From Acinetobacter wanghuae (GTDB taxonomy: Bacteria > Pseudomonadota > Gammaproteobacteria > Pseudomonadales > Moraxellaceae): a DNA stretch of 32,000 nucleotides. The notes below the pieces were generated by a model. It was not told the origin of the DNA. It made no database searches and saw only the letters and a program-made list of their open reading frames with translations. Position numbers and translations under genes: made by a program. Every line of letters begins with the position of its first letter. Position 1 is the first letter of the stretch. The DNA lies in the NCBI RefSeq assembly GCF_009557235.1, contig NZ_CP045650.1, positions 2,010,001 through 2,042,000 of the forward strand, in the 5' to 3' direction. Of this stretch, positions 27,883-32,000 are shown in pieces.

Positions 27883-27937
27883 CGAGGCAGACAGTTGATC
27901 GACTGAAGATCGATTCAAATGGACAAGGATTTTCGGT

Positions 27938-28540
27938 ATGCATTATCTGTTACTGAGCTTTGGTATATTCTTTTTAATAATCAGCATATTGATTCTTTCG
28001 ATCTCGGGTTTAAACGACTTCGATACAATAGCAGTGCTTTGGATGAGCTTACATCGCAGCACATTATTCAATCAAATTACTCAAGCTTTATCAGTCATGG
28101 GTGGCATGCCATTTGTATTACTTTTCACCACACTTTGGTGTATTTATTTAGTGTGGTATAAAAAGTATACGAATATAATTTTTATATGTATCGGAATTCT
28201 TGGAGGAATATCCCTAAGTTGGCTGTTCAAGTTTCTTTATGCACGCCCTCGACCTGATGCACATTTACATTTAGTTGAGAGCTTTGGAAGTTCCTTTCCT
28301 AGTGCCCATAGTGCTTATGCCGCTTGCATTGCTGGACTCATGCTGTTGATTTATCAGCATCATCCTCAGCGATCAATCATTGCGTTATGCGCTGTGATCT
28401 GGATGTCCTGTATGGGCATTTCTAGAGTTTATTTAGGGGTACATTTTCCTTCGGATGTAATATCCGGCTGGAGTATTAGTTTTATTTGGATTTCTGCGTT
28501 GTATTTGGTTTTAAGAAAATATAGCGTGGAATACAAATGA
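27938..28540 (+). CDS. PAP2-family (type 2 phosphatidic acid / undecaprenyl-diphosphate) phosphatase
   Basis: 200 aa, membrane protein with the three PAP2 motifs KFLYARPRP, SFPSAHS and SRVYLGVHFPSDV. SD AAGGA. Confidence 0.85.
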   Translation: MHYLLLSFGIFFLIISILILSISGLNDFDTIAVLWMSLHRSTLFNQITQALSVMGGMPFVLLFTTLWCIYLVWYKKYTNIIFICIGILGGISLSWLFKFLYARPRPDAHLHLVESFGSSFPSAHSAYAACIAGLMLLIYQHHPQRSIIALCAVIWMSCMGISRVYLGVHFPSDVISGWSISFIWISALYLVLRKYSVEYK

Positions 28541-28574
28541 AAAATTTAGATAAAAATCTAACTGAGGTGGAACA

Positions 28575-29831
28575 ATGATGTCTGCAAAGCTTTGGGCACC
28601 TGCCCTGACTGCTTGCGCATTAGCAACAAGTATCGCGCTTGTTGGTTGTAGCAAAAATGATAAAGACGCCCAACAAGCGGGTGCTGAACAGAAAATGCCC
28701 CCAACTGAAGTGGGCATAATCGTTGCTCAGCCGCAAAGTGTCGAGCAGTCAGTAGAACTCTCTGGACGCACAACAGCATTTGAGATTTCAGAAGTTCGCC
28801 CACAAACCAGTGGTGTGGTCTTGAAACGTCTATTCACTGAAGGTAGCTATGTCCGCGAAGGTCAGGCACTTTATGAAATCGATTCAAGTACCAATCGTGC
28901 AACTGTAGACAATGCAAATGCATCTATTGCACGTGCTGAAGCGAATCTTGGTGTACTTCGTGTGAAGGAAGGACGTTATCGTCAATTGGTGGGTAGCAAT
29001 GCCATTTCTAAACAAGAATTTGATGACATCGTGGCGCAAGTGAAATTGGCAGAAGCAGAGTTGAATGCAAGTCGTGCAACATTGCGTAATGCACAAATCA
29101 ACTTAGGCTATTCTACAGTGCGTTCACCAATTTCAGGTCAAACCAACCGTTCAACGGTGACTGCAGGTGCTTTAGTGACTGCAAACCAAGCTGAACCATT
29201 GGTGACTGTACAACGTCTTGACCCGATTTATGTGGATATCAACCAATCAAGCGCTGAATTACTCCGTTTACGTCAGCAATTAAATAAAGGCAGCCTGAAC
29301 AGTTCAAACAACACTCGCGTGAAGTTAAAACTTGAAGATGGCAGCGTCTACCCCGTTGAAGGTCGTCTTGCCTTCTCTGATGCCAGTGTGAATCCGGAAA
29401 CAGGTACAGTAACTCTTCGTGCCGTGTTCCCAAATAAAGATCACATGTTACTGCCAGGTATGTTCGCTACGGCGCAAATTGTACAAGGCGAAGTGCCGAA
29501 TGCTTACTTGATTCCTCAAGTTGCTTTAACGCGTACCCCAACAGGTCAAGCGATGGCCATGATTGTGAATGCGAAAGGTGCAGTTGAAGCGCGTCCTGTG
29601 GTGACTTCAGGTTCTCAAGGTAAAGATTGGATTGTAACTGAAGGTCTAAACCCAGGCGATAAAGTGATTGTGGATGGTATTGCGAAAGTAAAACCTGAAC
29701 AACAAGTAGTAGCTAAGCCGTATCAACCGCAAGCTGCTGCCCCACAAGCCAATGCAGGTGCAAAACCAGCCGCTGACGCACAAGCCGCATCAGAAGCAAA
29801 ACCTGAACAAAAAGCTACTTCAAAATCATAA
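28575..29831 (+). CDS. adeI: RND efflux periplasmic adaptor (membrane fusion lipoprotein) AdeI
   Basis: 418 aa. The N-terminus MMSAKLWAPALTACALATSIALVGCSK (lipobox LVGC) and ...MPPTEVGIIVAQPQSVEQSVELSGRT...SEVRPQTSGV.LKRLF.EGSYVREGQALYE closely match my recollection of A. baumannii AdeI. Confidence 0.9.
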   Translation: MMSAKLWAPALTACALATSIALVGCSKNDKDAQQAGAEQKMPPTEVGIIVAQPQSVEQSVELSGRTTAFEISEVRPQTSGVVLKRLFTEGSYVREGQALYEIDSSTNRATVDNANASIARAEANLGVLRVKEGRYRQLVGSNAISKQEFDDIVAQVKLAEAELNASRATLRNAQINLGYSTVRSPISGQTNRSTVTAGALVTANQAEPLVTVQRLDPIYVDINQSSAELLRLRQQLNKGSLNSSNNTRVKLKLEDGSVYPVEGRLAFSDASVNPETGTVTLRAVFPNKDHMLLPGMFATAQIVQGEVPNAYLIPQVALTRTPTGQAMAMIVNAKGAVEARPVVTSGSQGKDWIVTEGLNPGDKVIVDGIAKVKPEQQVVAKPYQPQAAAPQANAGAKPAADAQAASEAKPEQKATSKS

Positions 29832-29843
29832 GGGGTAGACTAG

Positions 29844-32000
29844 ATGGCTCAATTTTTCATTCATCGCCCGATTTTTGCATGGGTGATTGCATTGGTCATT
29901 ATGTTGGCGGGTATTCTTACCCTCACAAAAATGCCCATTGCACAATATCCAACCATTGCTCCACCAACGGTTAGCATTTCTGCGACTTATCCAGGTGCAT
30001 CTGCGGAAACTGTAGAAAATACAGTGACACAGATCATTGAGCAGCAAATGAATGGTCTAGATGGCTTACGTTATATCTCGTCAAATAGTGCGGGTAACGG
30101 TCAGGCATCGATTGCATTGAACTTCGAACAAGGTATCGATCCTGATATCGCCCAAGTTCAAGTACAAAACAAATTACAATCAGCAACTGCATTACTTCCT
30201 GAAGACGTTCAACGTCAAGGGCTTCGCGTAACCAAATCTGGTGCGAGCTTCTTACAGGTATTAGCGTTCTATTCACCGAATGGTGAATTAACCGATGCCG
30301 ATATTAAAGATTATGTGAACTCTAATATTTCTGAGCCGCTCAGCCGTGTGGCAGGTGTCGGTGAAGTACAAGTATTTGGTGGTTCATATGCGATGCGTAT
30401 CTGGTTAGATCCCGCAAAACTCAGCAGCTATCAACTTACCCCAAGTGATGTGGTTGCTGCCTTGCGTACTCAAAATGCGCAAGTTGCTGTAGGTCAATTG
30501 GGTGGTGCGCCAGCGATTGAAGGTCAAGTACTGAATGCAACTGTAAATGCTCAAAGCCTGTTGCAAACACCTGAACAGTTCAAAAACATTTTCTTGAAAA
30601 ATGCAGGTTCTGGTGCAAAAGTGACCATTGGCGATGTTGCCAAAGTTGAATTAGGCTCGGACAACTATCAGTTCACGTCTAAATTCAATGGTAAGCCTGC
30701 AGGCGGTGTTGCGATTAAATTGGCAACAGGTGCAAATGCATTGGACACAGCAACTGCTGTAGAAGAGCGTTTATCGCAGCTACGTAAAAACTATCCATCT
30801 GGCTTAAAAGATCAGTTGGCGTTTGATACCACACCATTTATTAAGCTTTCGATTGAAAGTGTGGTTCATACCTTAGTTGAAGCGATTATTCTTGTATTCT
30901 TGGTGATGTTCTTGTTCTTACAGAACTGGCGCGCAACCTTGATTCCAACCATGGCTGTGCCTGTTGTGGTCTTGGGTACATTTGCAATCATCAACTTATT
31001 TGGCTTCTCGATTAACACACTCACCATGTTTGCGATGGTACTTGCCATCGGTCTATTGGTGGATGATGCGATTGTCGTGGTCGAAAACGTTGAACGGATC
31101 ATGTCGGAGGAGCATCTCGAACCTGTTGAAGCAACTGAAAAGTCGATGAGTCAGATCTCGGGCGCCCTCATTGGTATTACGACGGTCTTATCCGCAGTAT
31201 TCGTTCCAATGGCATTCTTCAGTGGTACGACAGGGGTTATTTATCGTCAGTTCTCCATTACCTTGGTGACTGCAATGGTATTGTCACTGATTGTGGCATT
31301 GACCTTTACCCCTGCGCTTTGTGCGACTTTGTTGAAACAACATGATCCAAATAAACCACAAAGCAATAGCCTCCCTGCTCGCTTCTTCCGTTGGTTCAAT
31401 GACCGCTTTGAACGTACCGCTGAAGGCTATCAAAAATGGGTCGGCAAACTGCTGATTCATAAAATCTTTGCCGGTGCAATTTATGCGGTCGTCATCGTTG
31501 GTTTATTGTTCCTATTTAAAAACTTACCAAGTTCATTCTTGCCTGATGAAGACCAAGGCGTAGTGATGACTTTGGTTCAGCTTCCGCCGAACGCTACACT
31601 TGACCGCACTGAGAAAGTGATTGATCAAATGACTGGCTTCTTTATGGAAGGTGAAAAAGCCAATGTCGATTCTGTATTCAGTGTCGCAGGTTTCTCATTT
31701 ACCGGTGTCGGGCAAAATGCGGGTCTTGCGTTCATTAAGTTGAAAGACTGGAGCGAACGTACATCGCCTGAATCACAGGTGGGTGCGATTATTCAACGTG
31801 GTATGGCGTTGAATGTGATTGCGAAAGATGCATCTTATGTCATGCCATTGCAGCTTCCTGCAATGCCAGAATTGGGTGTTTCTGCTGGCTTTAACTTGCA
31901 GTTGAAAGATGCTGCGGGTAACGGTCATGAAAGTCTATTAAATGCGCGTAATATGATCTTAGGCATGGCAGCACAAGACAAACGTCTTGCAGGTGTACGT
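29844..32000 (+). CDS. adeJ: RND multidrug efflux transporter AdeJ, 5' two-thirds (continues past the window end)
   Basis: ATG 29844 lies 12 nt after the adeI stop. MAQFFIHRPIFAWVIALVIMLAGILTLTKMPIAQYPTIAPPTVSISATYPGASAETVENTVTQIIEQQMNGLDGLRYISS... is the AcrB/AdeJ-type N-terminus. Open for all 719 codons to position 32000. Absent from the ORF track because it has no stop in the window. Confidence 0.93.
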   Translation, partial: MAQFFIHRPIFAWVIALVIMLAGILTLTKMPIAQYPTIAPPTVSISATYPGASAETVENTVTQIIEQQMNGLDGLRYISSNSAGNGQASIALNFEQGIDPDIAQVQVQNKLQSATALLPEDVQRQGLRVTKSGASFLQVLAFYSPNGELTDADIKDYVNSNISEPLSRVAGVGEVQVFGGSYAMRIWLDPAKLSSYQLTPSDVVAALRTQNAQVAVGQLGGAPAIEGQVLNATVNAQSLLQTPEQFKNIFLKNAGSGAKVTIGDVAKVELGSDNYQFTSKFNGKPAGGVAIKLATGANALDTATAVEERLSQLRKNYPSGLKDQLAFDTTPFIKLSIESVVHTLVEAIILVFLVMFLFLQNWRATLIPTMAVPVVVLGTFAIINLFGFSINTLTMFAMVLAIGLLVDDAIVVVENVERIMSEEHLEPVEATEKSMSQISGALIGITTVLSAVFVPMAFFSGTTGVIYRQFSITLVTAMVLSLIVALTFTPALCATLLKQHDPNKPQSNSLPARFFRWFNDRFERTAEGYQKWVGKLLIHKIFAGAIYAVVIVGLLFLFKNLPSSFLPDEDQGVVMTLVQLPPNATLDRTEKVIDQMTGFFMEGEKANVDSVFSVAGFSFTGVGQNAGLAFIKLKDWSERTSPESQVGAIIQRGMALNVIAKDASYVMPLQLPAMPELGVSAGFNLQLKDAAGNGHESLLNARNMILGMAAQDKRLAGVR

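Noticed and set aside
28546-28561. Short inverted repeat TTAGA-N6-TCTAA in the 34-bp PAP2/adeI gap, a possible efflux-operon operator.
   Set aside because: The arms are only 5 bp and the sequence is AT-rich, so it is too weak to call without comparative or binding data.
28511-29433. Minus-strand ORFs (64-81 aa) opposite the PAP2 3' end and adeI.
   Set aside because: They are antisense to a strongly supported adeI frame, with no signals. I considered them as the source of the orphan minus-strand terminator at 27855-27882, but they end about 600 bp or more away from it.

Overview
This window looks like a housekeeping-dominated chromosomal segment of an Acinetobacter species. It is AT-rich. The N-termini of the efflux proteins match AdeI and AdeJ, and gene order follows classic gammaproteobacterial core synteny. 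Order left to right: ispE (3' end), four identical tandem tRNA-Gln(UUG) genes, prs, rplY, pth, panD, an FMN riboswitch plus ribB, then a small more accessory-looking patch (HPP-family membrane protein, divergent TetR regulator, convergent LysE-family exporter, an intact IS30-family insertion sequence, a DUF1289 protein). After that come trhO, a small membrane protein, a DedA protein, a glycine-zipper protein, two very acidic proteins (UPF0149/YgfB-like and PA3496-like), rpoD, ybeD-lipB, an SCP2-like ORF coupled to an iron-type alcohol dehydrogenase, an APC permease, an orphan secreted protein, trmL, cysG, serS, lolA, rpmA-rplU, divergent ispB, a PF10136-type 'site-specific recombinase' that is really a polytopic membrane protein, a PAP2 phosphatase, and adeI-adeJ (adeJ runs off the 3' end). 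Most genes end in clear hairpin-plus-T-tract terminators. I found no CRISPR array, prophage, defence island, toxin-antitoxin pair or other multi-gene system that looks new, and the honest reading is an ordinary core region. Points worth a second look: (1) the IS30 element, with a 3-bp target duplication, sits 10 bp from the exporter's start codon; (2) a strong extended -10 promoter and a terminator-like hairpin lie in the ~250-nt rpoD leader; (3) the ispE stop codon overlaps nucleotides 1-2 of the first tRNA-Gln; (4) the membrane-embedded 'recombinase' sits tight against ispB; (5) the SCP2-like ORF and ADH look translationally coupled; (6) there are several operator-like palindromes and an orphan antisense-oriented terminator upstream of PAP2-adeIJ. 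All product calls rest on recognising motifs and N-termini by eye. No database search was run.
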